Assembly (NCBI GenBank): GCA_000934665.2
Contig: JYFJ02003419.1
Coordinates: forward strand, 1 to 41,956
Source: Catajapyx aquilonaris
Lineage: Eukaryota
Direction: 5' to 3'
DNA length: 41,956 nucleotides
Below are positions 10,263 through 20,642 of the stretch, piece after piece. Both the position numbers and the translations under genes were made by a program. Position 1 is the first letter of the stretch, and each line of letters begins with the position of its first letter. The notes under the pieces were generated by a model. The model was not told where the DNA came from. It did no database searches and saw only the letters and a list, made by a program, of their open reading frames with translations.

Positions 10263-11253
10263 CAAGGTGCAGTCATTAAGTTCGAAGCCCGAATTAAATC
10301 TCGACTCCCATTTTAACATAGCACGGCCAAATGTTTATGGCACATCGAGAGACTCCTTAGGGTGCAGAGGAAAAAAACAGAGGGCACTGGCTCATATTCG
10401 TTAATAGTTCTGGTCGTTTTTCCGAGAGGGCGCGCGGGAGCTCGGCGATGAGAATATATAACACAAAATGGCGCCTGAGCAGGAGGTTTGAGGAGCAACA
10501 CAACTCAATCAAATTTTGTGTGTTGCTGGGCCATACTCCCCAGGAAACACTGGCCATGTTGAGGAAGGCGTACGGCAAATGGGCTGCTCTCTCATGGCCG
10601 GCTGTAAAAAAGTGGCATCGGCCAACAACCGCTGAACCCGCACTTCACGTTGCTCTGGTGTCAGCACTTTGGGCACCCACATTGCACACACGTGCCTCAT
10701 TTGCAGGTCCTTTGTGAGAATAGAATGGCAAAGTCCATGAGAAATTCCCACCTTCTACGCCACTTGATCCACAGACTGGTGCCGGTCCTCACGGATGACC
10801 GTCCTCACTTTTTCAATGCGTCCAGCGTCTCGACTAGTGATGGGCCGTCCACTGCGAGGTTTGTCCGATGTTGTCTCTCGGCCCTCCCGGAAACGCTGAT
10901 GCCACTCTTTTACAGCCGGCCATGAGAGAGCAGCACATCTGCCGTACACCTTCCTCAACATGCCCAGAGTTTCCTGGGGAGTATGGCCCAGCAACACACA
11001 AAATTTGATTGAGTTGCGTTGCTCCTCAAACCTCCCGCTCAGGCGCCATTTTGTGTTATTTATTCTCATCGCCGAACTCCCGCGCACCCTCTCGGGAAAA
11101 CGACCAGAACTATTAAGGAATATGAGCCAGCGCCCTCTGTTTTTTTCCTCTGCACCCTAAAGAGTCTCTCGATGTGCCATAAATATTTGGCCGTGCTATG
11201 TTAAATGGGAGCCGAGATTTAATTCGGGCTTCGAACTTAATGACTGCACCTTG
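10263..11253 (-). mobile_element. Palindromic mariner derivative (two inverted 5' ends; truncated transposase N-terminus)
   Basis: ~355-bp inverted arms start CAAGGTGCAGTCATTAAGTTCGAAGCCCG. The minus strand encodes EQRNSIKFCVLLG...ETLGMLRKVYG...WHQRFREGRETTSDKPRSGRP...VA*KVGISHG...MWVPKVLTPEQ (paired HTH region, GRP and WVPxxL motifs). There is an internal stop and no DDD domain. Confidence 0.92.
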
Positions 11254-11343
11254 AATATCTCAGTTTCAGTTTCTCTAGTGAAACTTCTGAATTTAAAAAG
11301 TCTTCAATTACTTTCTGATTTGCCCTCGTATTTGCTTAATAAC

Positions 11344-11615
11344 GGTGACACGGTGGTGTAGTGCTTAGCGCCGCAGCTTTCCACTTCTGAGGTCCTGAGT
11401 TCGATCCCCGGGTCGGACAGAGGATGCTGATGTGGATAGAGTTTCGATGTGTTTGCGTGGGTTTTCTCGGGGTTCTCCCGTTTCCTCCCACAATCAAAAT
11501 CAATCACAGCGCAGGCAATGATTAAAGACTGTTCATGAAAAGATGATCCCCTAAGAGGCCCTAGGATGCCAAGGAGACAGGGTACCCATATTTTTTTAAA
11601 TATTATTATATTATT
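11344..11615 (+). mobile_element. tRNA-derived SINE, same family as 9581-9851
   Basis: A-box-like TGGTGTAGTGC, B-box GAGTTCGATCCC, the same core and 3' GATGATCCCCTAAGAGGCCC, and a (TTA) tail. Degenerate TSD TATTTGCTTAAT / TATTTGCGTAGT. Confidence 0.85.
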
Positions 11616-11898
11616 TGCGTAGTCCTTTCATGAGCAAAACATTTACCAACCAAAATCTCCATTTTGGAAAAATTTTGCTTGGATCCTATTCATTCTCACT
11701 GATTCAATTGAAATGGATCCTTGTAGATGGTAGGATGGAACGAACTTTTACCATACCCTGTGCAACAGAGCATGTCAGCAAAATTCCCCAATATTTCACT
11801 GTTATGTTGTCAGAAGGTAATGGTCAGTCTCATGATAACTTGAAGGCCTATCCTCTAGGGGCACAAATTCTGAAGTTGACCTTTTTTATTGCCAACAG

Positions 11899-12030
11899 AT
11901 GTCCGGAGGAGGTGACAAAACACCAATGGAAGCTGGGCTGATATCATATTCTGTGGACGGGATGAAGGAGTCCATAATATTTTATCTGAAGGAATGCGAG
12001 CCCAGGCAGATGCCCCGAGTTGGAGATAAG
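11899..12030 (+). CDS. CSDE1: CSDE1/Unr coding exon (ncCSD6), absent from ORF track
   Basis: Acceptor CAACAG|ATG. Encodes MSGGGDKTPMEAGLISYSVDGMKESIIFYLKECEPRQMPRVGDK (cf. Unr G.I.Y....K.TI.YFLKDC...PRIG.). Donor AAG|GTTAGT; 132 nt, phase 0-0; joins VEF at 18988. Confidence 0.93.
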
Positions 12031-12084
12031 GTTAGTTTTTGAAGCAGCAGGATTTGGCCACTTTTCTGCACTTGTCATATTTAA

Positions 12085-12763
12085 GGCCGGTTGTATCAAA
12101 GCAAGTTTTCTCTAAACCTGCCGTTACTAGGCAGGAAATCCGTGATTAACGGAAAACTCGTATCAACGCAAGTTTGCACAAACCTGCAGTTAAATCTCGG
12201 GTTAACACTAACCTCGCGATTTTCTCGAGTTAAGGAGGAAAACCTGTGGTTGTCTCGTTCAAACATAGTCGTATTTCGACTTATCTAGTTGTTTTTGAGC
12301 TTATTATCTGGTGAGTAGGCAGGGAATACCTCTAAAATTGTAGCCAGGGACTGCACAATGGACAGGGAGTACACTCGGTACGACACCAGGGCGAAACCGC
12401 CACAGAAAAAGGCTGGCAAGATTCAGGGGCAATGGAACATATTATGGCGGGCACTGAGACCACAGCTGAGTGAGTCAGACCCACCCAGTGCCGAGATCAA
12501 AGATGGCTGCTGCACTGTGGGGGCCGCTATGTTGGTTGGATCACGCGACGTTTGGTTGTGTGACGTACACGTCACGTGACATATCCAGCAAATTAGCTAC
12601 CACAGTGGTGAGAGACGGATGAATTTGAAATGGTCCCTGAGGTAATCGCCAGAATTTTCAAACCATGGGTTAAGTTCATGAGATGTGTTGATACAGCGCA
12701 TGTCTGAGTTTTCAGAAAACCTCCAGTTTTCTCCTAATTTAACTCGCATTGATACAACCGGCC
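12085..12763. mobile_element. PIF/Harbinger-like MITE
   Basis: 15-bp perfect TIR GGCCGGTTGTATCAA / TTGATACAACCGGCC; flanks TAA and CTA (imperfect TWA-type TSD). Confidence 0.7.
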
Positions 12764-12798
12764 CTAGAGTCAAGTGTCAAGGTGGAAATGAAGTGAAT

Positions 12799-13462
12799 GG
12801 GGAAGTAGCCTTCATTTTGGAAACTACATAATAAATTCGCCCATATTTTTTGGATTTTTTTGGCGTATTCCGTTTTAAGATATCAGTTTCAGTTCCGGAA
12901 TAATTGGGGTTTTTATGTAGGGAAATGGTGACGTCACTGTTTCCCTAGAAAATGTTGACGTCACGCGAAGTGAAATGAACGCAAAAATGGTGTTATAGAA
13001 CGCGCCCCGTCATTGTTGTAAAATGCTTCGCTGTTGTTAGCAACCGTCCCATTCCGTGAGCAAGGTAGCGGCCGGGGCGCGTATTTATTCCAGGCCGCTC
13101 AAGCCGCTTCTGGGCTGACAGTGGTGCCAACTGGTAGGAATTATCTGTCACCCGAATTCGGCACACGAAGGCCCCCCTTCTCCACCTCGATGGCCTACAG
13201 CCGCCTTGCGAATGCTTTCCGTCGTGTCCGCGGTTAATTCAAAGTCAAATTCCTCATATCTCGCAGTCAACCAGGCATTTCAGTGTACCCTTTCGATTGG
13301 CTGCGGCGTTTTTCCCGCCAATTTTGAAGGCACTTTTAAATGTGCCGTAATTTATCCAGTAATGTCATTTTGATGCAACAGAGTGATGGAATGTATGTGT
13401 ACAGGCATGGGCTAGCTAGTTATGAACAAAAATCCCAAATCCCAGACCAAGGCTACTTCCCC
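12799..13462 (-). mobile_element. MITE family A (AT-flanked, ISL2EU-like)
   Basis: TIR GGGGAAGTAGCCTT / AAGGCTACTTCCCC flanked aAT|...|ATt. Near full-length reverse complement of 38478-39157. Confidence 0.9.
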
Positions 13463-13872
13463 ATTGTGATTTAGGAAAGTTACTATAGTCATTTTTATTT
13501 AAAAGATTTCTTAACATTCAGAAAGGTTCTCATGTTGTGCAAAAATGTGAGTGACATATACATGAACATAACCTGATTTTTGAAGCTCTGGGTGTAATTA
13601 CTCTTAATTTTGCCCAAAAACAAGTGTACCTACAGAGTCCAGTAGTATTTGGCACTGAATAGGATATCCTTATGTTGTGATTATGTAAGTCATAGAACAA
13701 ACATACCTGGTAATAACTCAATATTTACCAGATTAGAAGCATGGCAGTGTGCATGCAAGTAAGAGATATGTTGATAATGGTGTGGCACTGAAAGTTGACA
13801 ACAGTGTAATAGCTGACTGACTCACCACTTTCATGCAGTGAAGTTAGTGACATATGTTTCACAAACTACATT

Positions 13873-14440
13873 CAGGGTGTTTCATAGTCACAGGTCAAGC
13901 GCGCGTGAGGGGGTTGGGAAAAATCGTAGGTGGTGACAACCCCGGTCGGATTTATAAAACAATTAGTAATACAGCAGTAATCAATTTATTTATTACGGCC
14001 ATACCGCGTGAAGTCACATCCTTTCTGTTCGAATTGACTGACGCGGACTGGCAAGTGCAGTGGGTTGAACCTGGTTGAATGGCTTTTTATCTGTGCGGGT
14101 TGCACTGAAAAAGGTGCTCTCATGCTATACTGGTAGTGTACTGTACAAAGTAGTGTACTACTGTACAGTAGTGTGGACAGTACCCTGCCAGTATAGCAGG
14201 AGAGCGCCTTTTTCAGTGCAACGTGCAAGGCTAAAAAGCCGTTCAACCAGGTTCAACCCACTGCACCTGCCAGTACGCGCCAGTCAATTCGAACATAAAG
14301 GGTGTGACGTCTTGCCGTAAGAAATAAATTGATTACTCCCGTATTTCTAATTGTTTTATCAAACCGACCGGGGTTGTCGCCACCTACGATTTTTCCTCAC
14401 CCCCTTGCGCACGCTTGACCCGTGACTCTGAAATACCCTG
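13873..14440. mobile_element. ~570-bp fully palindromic Tc1/mariner-type MITE
   Basis: CAGGGTGTTTCATAGTCACAGGTCAAGCG ... CGCTTGACCCGTGACTCTGAAATACCCTG|TA. The arms pair all the way to a centre at ~14160. The mirror ORFs 13986-14246(-) and 14075-14320(+) reflect this symmetry. Confidence 0.88.
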
Positions 14441-14958
14441 TATAGCCAATTAAGGTAAACCTACCAATTTATATTCCATCTTAAGAAAAAAATTCGGATT
14501 TAAGGTTTTGCACATAACCCCCAAAAGAAAAAAAGAATGTTACAGACATGTCTGGATAGTCCATTTTGTGCTCTACTTGAATCTGTGTTTTCCTTTCCTT
14601 AAATATACTGAAAACCGCACAAAGTGAATTTTGTGATCATGTAGCATCTTGACCCTTTTGTGACACCTTCAGCCCAATGTGTGACACCTGTTTTTGTCCA
14701 TTTTATGGCACCTATTTTTTCTTTCTGAATTTTTAAATTTTGATTTATATTCTGAAAGCCAGCTTTTCCGGTATGATGGCGGTTCTGAATTTTGTCAGTC
14801 TGGCTCACTCTATCACTGATGATTTTATGCCTCTTTCTGAAGAGTATGTACATTGCACTCCCTATTATCCGTGTTGCGGATTATCCATGCATCGGCAAAA
14901 ACTTAAGTTAGAAACAGAAGTCCAAAAAGTGTCTATATGTCTCGAAAACGCATGATAT

Positions 14959-15612
14959 GGACCTTTTAGCCGTGACGTATTTGTTTACACTTTTTCGTGG
15001 CGGCCATCTTGTTGGTTGGGCAGAACCACCAATGGCGGCATGCTGAGCGGGTTATTTCTGCAACAATACATCAAGTAAGTAAGCCACACCGGGCTTTTTT
15101 TCGGTTCTAAATTGATGTGGAGGGGAGGGCCAGATTGTTGGCCGCCGTCAGGAGAGTGGAGAAGATTGGGAAAAGTTGGTAACCCACCAAACATCGACGG
15201 ATTTGCGGAGCTCTCACTTTGCACAAAGTAACCATTTCCCGTGTTTATTTCCCTGTTGGAAGTAGCAGTGTGACTATTTAACCCTGGCAAACCTCACAGA
15301 CCGTCACAAACACTGCCAACAACACGAGCTGGAGCGAGCATTTACCCACGAGAGTATCGTATCGAGTATCGTATCGCTTTGCCTATTTGTTTCTCCCGTA
15401 GTAAGACTTTTCGCGTAGTGCGGCAGTGGTTCCAAAGGGCGGGCCATGTCGGGGAGCCCCGTAGGTAGGCCAGGGGCCAACCACGGGCCACAGCAGAGCT
15501 CACAAACCCCGGCAGACCTCAAAAACCCTGCCAACAACATGGGCAGGATAGGGGTTTTACCCAACCAACAAGATGGCCGCCTTTGTTGTGATGACGTAGC
15601 GTTAAAAGGTCC
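14959..15612. mobile_element. AT-flanked MITE (ISL2EU/PHIS-like)
   Basis: AT|GGACCTTTTA ... TAAAAGGTCC|AT. Subterminal GGCGGCCATCTTGTTGGTTGGG is inverted as CCCAACCAACAAGATGGCCGCC. Confidence 0.75.
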
Positions 15613-15751
15613 ATACCGAATCCTCACAGCCTAACATCTTACTTATGACAGAGGGTGCCATTAATTCGAATGTAAATAAACACTATTTCTAAGGTTGTCA
15701 TCAATTATTGGCAAATGACAGATTTCAGTCCCAATTTATGACACCCAACAC

Positions 15752-16112
15752 CAGGGAGCATATATTACATAAGAGGTGCAAACTTCTGTCGGCGCCTTTG
15801 ATGTCCGCGTCTCTCTGTTTGGGGCCGTTGCCAAGGCTGGCGGCCATTTTCAAGTGTGGGCAACGCCAACGAGGTATCAATAGGGTACAGGCAAAAATAG
15901 GGTCCGCCATCTTTGATGGTTTTTGCTGCCATGGCAACTACACTGCAAGAACACGCATGAATCAAAGATGGCGGACCCAATTTTTGCCTGTACCCTATTA
16001 TACCTCGTTGGTGTTGCCCACACTTCAAAATGGCCGCCAGCCTTGGCAATGCCCCAAACAGAGAGACGCGGAAATCGAATGTTTGCGCCTCTTATGTAGT
16101 ATATGCTCCCTG
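15752..16112. mobile_element. Palindromic hAT-like MITE
   Basis: CAGGGAGCATATA...TATATGCTCCCTG, with arms pairing to a ~45-nt loop at ~15917-15960. Flanks CCCAACAC / CCCACACT resemble a decayed 8-bp TSD. Confidence 0.82.
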
Positions 16113-16622
16113 CCCACACTAGCTCTTTAAATGCATTGGTACGATTAGAACAAACAGTCACACGAGGAAAAGGACATCTTCATCAATTACTAATTGTAAC
16201 CTTCAAACTGTTTCCCCATTTTAAAATAAAAGTGTAAAAAATTTTGAAATGGCCCTTAACGGAATTGACACTTTTCACCCCATATTACACTGTGTCTGTG
16301 CAGCACTTGACACTCTGATTTATTTTTTAATAACCAACTCACCATTGACCTTCACCTCACTACAGGTTGTTAAATACAAGGGTAGGAAGTGCTGCCAAAG
16401 TGGTTAATTACTATGCTACATGTTTTGAATTCTTGTTATTTACCTTCTTCCATAGGAGATCATAAATTGGGCAAGAGAAATGGGGGCCCACAAATTGGTA
16501 CATTTACCTTAGTTATTTTTAATAATTCTATTATGACAAACAAGGGAAAGCATCAAATGGCAATGTATAGTCCAGGATTTCTCAACGAGGGTTCTACGCA
16601 ACCCAGTGTTCCATGAGCAATT

Positions 16623-17024
16623 GAAGAGGCGGATTCCAAAGTCCCCTAAAGGCCATTTCACAAAAAGATTTTGCGGCAGCAGCAAGCGGCAAACGCGTGC
16701 CCCGCCAATTGTTATTAATTATTGGCAATAATAAATATAAATAAGAAATATGCCGCAACGCGTGCCGTTTGCCGCGCGACATTTTTTTGTGAAATGGCCT
16801 TAAGTCCATTTTTGTTGTTTTGAGAAATTTGAGTTTTTATTTGTATCAATAACATGGGATTATATGGGATTTGAGAAAACGCTCTGATTTTTGCGCTTGG
16901 AGTTAGGGACATTTGGTGTGTTCTGACCTCGGGAGGAGGTGGGGAGTACCATAAGCTACCAATAGATGCCATCAGCTCATTTTTCATGAAAATGGACTTA
17001 GGGGACTTTGGAATCCCACTCTTC
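16623..17024. mobile_element. Unclassified TIR element nested in the hAT MITE
   Basis: GAAGAGGCGGATTCCAAAGTCCCCTAA[insertion]GTCCATTTT mirrors AAAATGGACTTAGGGGACTTTGGAATCCCACTCTTC. AATT(G) occurs on both sides. Confidence 0.78.
16650..16800. mobile_element. 151-bp PIF/Harbinger (Tourist-like) MITE
   Basis: TAA|AGGCCATTTCACAAAA ... TTTTGTGAAATGGCCT|TAA. Removing it restores the host left TIR. Confidence 0.88.
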
Positions 17025-17646
17025 TAATTGCCAGTGGTTCCCCGAGAAATGGTGATGAATAGGCTAAATTTGAGTAATTAATTGATAGGTTTATAATATA
17101 ATAATTTTTATCTAGGGGTTCCCTGAGACATGAAAATTATATTGAGGGTTCCACAAGGATAAAAAGGTTGAGAAACCCTGGTATAGTCAATGGGCAAAGG
17201 ATGCACTTCAGGAAACTTCCACTTTTGGCCAGAAGCTCTATCCTATCTCATCCTTTCCCCATTTTGAAACAATAAAATACTCTTACTAAGGGCTGACGCA
17301 GTTGACTCCTTTCGTTGTGTGAGGGCATTTCCAGGCGAAGGCGCAGCAGCAGCAGCAGCCCCCCCCCCCNCCCCACTCTCCAAGTTTGACTCGCTGACAC
17401 CATGTGATGCAACAATACCACGTCAGAAACATTCCACTGGCAGTGGAAATTTTACTCAGGTGCTTGTCAAATGTAAATTGATGTCAAGTTAAGCTGTACT
17501 TCCACATGCAAGTGTGTGTAAAGTAATGATAAGCGTTCAAAAATATCAAGCCAGCTGTAATTCGAGGTCCCCATTTCCCAAATGTGGAAATTTGAAAAGT
17601 GGACGTTCCAGAAGGCATTCTGGGATGTTGGTCAACTATAGTATTT

Positions 17647-18510
17647 GAGCCTGCCTGAGCGCCAAAAGTCCTGAGCGCCAAAAGTCCTGACCGCCAATTG
17701 TCCTGAGCGCCAAAGTCCTGACCGCCAAAACAGGCCTGCCAACTGATTCAATCTGAGACTGAGAATATTGAGAAAGCTGTGACTGCTTATGGAAAAGTCA
17801 TCATATAAGCTGCTACTTTCTGGCCCACTTTCTAACAATGCCGCCATTTTGGATCCGGATCTAGCACCTTATTATTTTCTATGGATTGAGCCAAATAACA
17901 GCTAGCTTAGAGTAAACCCTTGAGACTTATTTGGCTGCGTCGCAGCGGTGGCATCAGCAGGGGATAGGAGGTTGGCAAAGCCACAATAACGTTCGTTGGC
18001 CTGCGGCGCCACAAGACGGACAGTAAAGGTTGCGGATACAGAAACCCACTATAAGCGCCCAGCTCCGCTATCGCTCCGCAAAAACTAAAAATATCACGCA
18101 CGGGCGACGAACCGTGCCTGGCGGGGCCACAACAGATGACAGTATCGTTGCGGTAACAGAAAGCCATACAGCATCACCAAGACAAAGGGCAACTCCATCC
18201 CTCATGTTGCCGCGTCACTCAAATATGCCCATATCAGCTATTATTATTAGCTTTAATCATAACCTGCTAGATCCGGATCCAAAATGGCGGACCAATTACA
18301 GCATAGGGCCGAAAATAACACCTAGTTGCTTTATCCGTAAGAAGTTACAGCTTTCTGAATACGCTCAAAGGATCGTGGGGTCTTCCCACAGTTGGCACCC
18401 CTCTAAAATAACCGGTTTTGGAGCCCTGTTCAGTTTGGCGGTCAGGACTTTTGGCGGCAAAGGAAAATGTGTGTTGGCGGTAAAGGAAATTGGCGGTCAG
18501 GCAGGCGCTC
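17647..18510. mobile_element. TIR element with subterminal ~16-bp tandem repeats and inner inverted arms
   Basis: Five CCTGA(G/C)CGCCAAAAGT-like units at 17655-17730 are mirrored by TTGGCGGTCAGG units at 18435-18502. Inner IR CCGCCATTTTGGATCCGGATCTAGCA (17841) / TGCTAGATCCGGATCCAAAATGGCGG (18265). No clear TSD. Confidence 0.7.
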
Positions 18511-18987
18511 GTGTTACATGTGCAAAATTAATAATAAATAATGATAAATAATAGTGAACCAGCTATATATTCTAGAACTTCTCATCTACTGGCCATTTCC
18601 TTGATTGCATGAATGGTAGAAAGTTGTGGGGACACTTCTCACATCAGTGTTCACTTGCATATAGATGACATTGGAGGTATTTCCCCTGTGTATTCACTTC
18701 CTCCATTTTACCCTCTTTTTTTTTTTTTTCAGTGGAAAGTGTTCAGTGGTTTCAAACTCCTGTAGTTGCTCTTTCTGTTCCAAGTTTCTCGGCTACTTAC
18801 AACATGATATAAATACGCAATTGCACCCATACCTTGACACAGTCAGTGGTATCACAAAGAAGGCTTTTGTGACCTAGGAAATAAGGAGTAATGTTACCCT
18901 CTGATTATTGTAAATACCTGTGGATAATCTTGGGAATGACAATTACATTATTATCTCTGGTTTCAAACACCATTTTTTGCCCCACAG

Positions 18988-19531
18988 GTGGAGTTCAACG
19001 TCTCCCAGGTACGTCAGACCAAGGAGATAAGTGCAGTAGGGGTGCGAGTCACGGAAGCCAAGGCCCTCCCACCTCCCCCACCTCCTCCCCCCACATCAGC
19101 CTCCTCAGGCACAACTGCTCCCCTGCAATCTAAGTCTCTTCAGCAACGCCCACAGTCCCCCAACTCTCCTCCCTCTGAGAAGGATAAGACAAACCTCCCA
19201 CCACCAGCCCCAGGTTTTGTGGCTGCCTTAAAAGATGGATTTGGTTTCATTGAGACACAGGCTCATGACCGTGAGGTGTTTTTCCACTTTTCCACGTATG
19301 ATGGAGATGCCAATAACCTGGAGCTGGGGCAAGAGGTGGAGTATGTGGTGTCTCCTAAGGCCAATGCAAGTGGTAGATTGTCCACTGAGTCAGTGCACCC
19401 TCTGCCAAAGGGCAGTTTGAAGATGCCCACTGTAGATGAGGAGGTGTATGAGGGAAGAGTGGTCAGACCCCTCCGCAGTGTCAATCCAGACCAGAACGAG
19501 TATGCTGGACTGGTGCAGGTTGACAATGAAG
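18988..19531 (+). CDS. CSDE1: CSDE1/Unr coding exon (end ncCSD6, Pro/Ser-rich linker, CSD7, start ncCSD8)
   Basis: Acceptor CCCCACAG|GTG. Encodes VEFNVSQV...GFVAALKDGFGFIETQAHDREVFFHFS...VYEGRVVRPLRSVNPDQNEYAGLV. Donor G|GTACAC (phase 1) joins AT at 20225. Confidence 0.95.
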
Positions 19532-19616
19532 GTACACATTATTGCTTGTCCATATAGTACATTCTTGAATATGAGAAGCTAGCTCTCAAGGCTGATTATT
19601 TTTGAGAGAGGTTATA

Positions 19617-20001
19617 CAGGTTGCGAATCCTTTATCTGAAATTCAGAAATCCGAAAACCTACAAAATCTGAAAGTATTTTGAGTGCTGAGGTGCTGACAC
19701 TGTGTGTCACAAATGGAAAATTCCATGTGATTGTGATATGACTAGCGTCATTACCTGTGTCTGCAGGTATAAAAAAATTACTTACGAGTTTTATTTAAAA
19801 ACTTCCTCCAGGGTTTTTGTGTCATCTCTATTAAGAAATGTATATGAGTGTCACGTTGAGGCATTTATCTCATCCCAAAGCTGTCCTAGTTAATGCAGTA
19901 GACACAAATATACTGTACCTATATTTCAAAACCCGAAGAAAAAAAATAAAATCCGAAACATTGCCAGTCCCGAGCATTTCGGATAAAGGATTCTCAACCT
20001 G
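19617..20001. mobile_element. pogo/Tigger-type MITE (MER46/Tigger4-like ends)
   Basis: TA|CAGGTTGCGAATCCTTTATCTGAAAT ... ATTTCGGATAAAGGATTCTCAACCTG|TA, with subterminal AAATCCGAAA repeats. Confidence 0.85.
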
Positions 20002-20127
20002 TACCAGATAATGTGAAAGTGCACTCTAATTTTCCTTGCTTGGGAATTTTATGTAGGACGTTTTGAGAGATTTGAGTGTTGAAGTTGTATAGAATTTGAA
20101 TTGACTAGGTGCAAGAGTCTTTTTTTT

Positions 20128-20163
20128 GGGGGGGGGGGGGAGAGAGAGAGAGAGAGAGAGAGA
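20128..20163 (+). repeat. G-run followed by (GA)n microsatellite
   Basis: GGGGGGGGGGGGG followed by (AG)n, directly visible. Confidence 0.9.
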
Positions 20164-20224
20164 AATGTCTGAGTTTTGGATATTGGGCAGGTATGGAAAT
20201 TTATTATTACTTCTTCCAATATAG

Positions 20225-20555
20225 ATGGTGAAGGAGAAGAATATGAGTTTGGAATAACCAGCCTGCAGAATAAGCGTGAGATCCTGCAACCAGGCGATCC
20301 AGTCCAGTTTCAGGTGGATTCAGATGGCAGGGCTGCCTGCTTGATGGCCCTTCGCAAAAAGATGAGGGCAAGTGTGGAGGCTGTGAAGCAGCAATTTGGC
20401 TTCCTCTCCTATGAGGTGGATGGAAAGAAGCTTTTCTTCCACATGTCAGAGGTGAAGGACGGAGTGGGACTGCAACAGGGAGATGAGGTCGAGTTTGTTG
20501 TTGTCACCAACCATCGCACGGGCAAGTCATCAGCCTGCAGTGTCATGAAGCTAAG
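20225..20555 (+). CDS. CSDE1: CSDE1/Unr coding exon (ncCSD8, CSD9)
   Basis: Acceptor AATATAG|AT. Encodes [30 protein letters not shown]...[30 protein letters not shown]...[15 protein letters not shown]. Donor AG|GTACAC (phase 2). Confidence 0.95.
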
Positions 20556-20642
20556 GTACACACAACCACAGGTCCTCATAGCATAAATGTGTGTGTGTGC
20601 TTATTCTCATCCCCTTAGTTATTTGTGCTTAATGAATTGCAG

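Larger units (their letters stand above)
16573..17180. mobile_element. hAT (Charlie/MER5-like) MITE hosting two nested insertions
   Basis: TIR CAGGATTTCTCAAC / GTTGAGAAACCCTG; perfect 8-bp TSD GTATAGTC (16565-16572, 17181-17188). Confidence 0.88.

Noticed and set aside
10448..11087. Functional or domesticated mariner transposase gene
   Set aside because: Only the N-terminal part is present, with an internal stop at 10755 and no catalytic DDD domain.
11811..11822. Possible 3-nt micro-exon (CAG|AAG|GTAATG) upstream of the 11899 exon
   Set aside because: Such motifs occur by chance, the protein alignment does not need it, and there is no supporting evidence.
13986..14320. Pairs of similar ORFs on opposite strands (also 15725-16161, 23251-23535/24461-24745, 13034-13237/38614-38922)
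   Set aside because: By-products of palindromic or duplicated non-coding MITEs; no recognisable protein motifs.
17361..17374. Poly-C tracts containing an N (also ~29203-29218)
   Set aside because: Homopolymer sequencing or assembly ambiguity, not a biological feature.
17655..17730. Short direct-repeat array that might be iterons or a mini-CRISPR
   Set aside because: Head-to-tail ~16-bp units with no spacers, mirrored at 18435-18502; these are transposon subterminal repeats.
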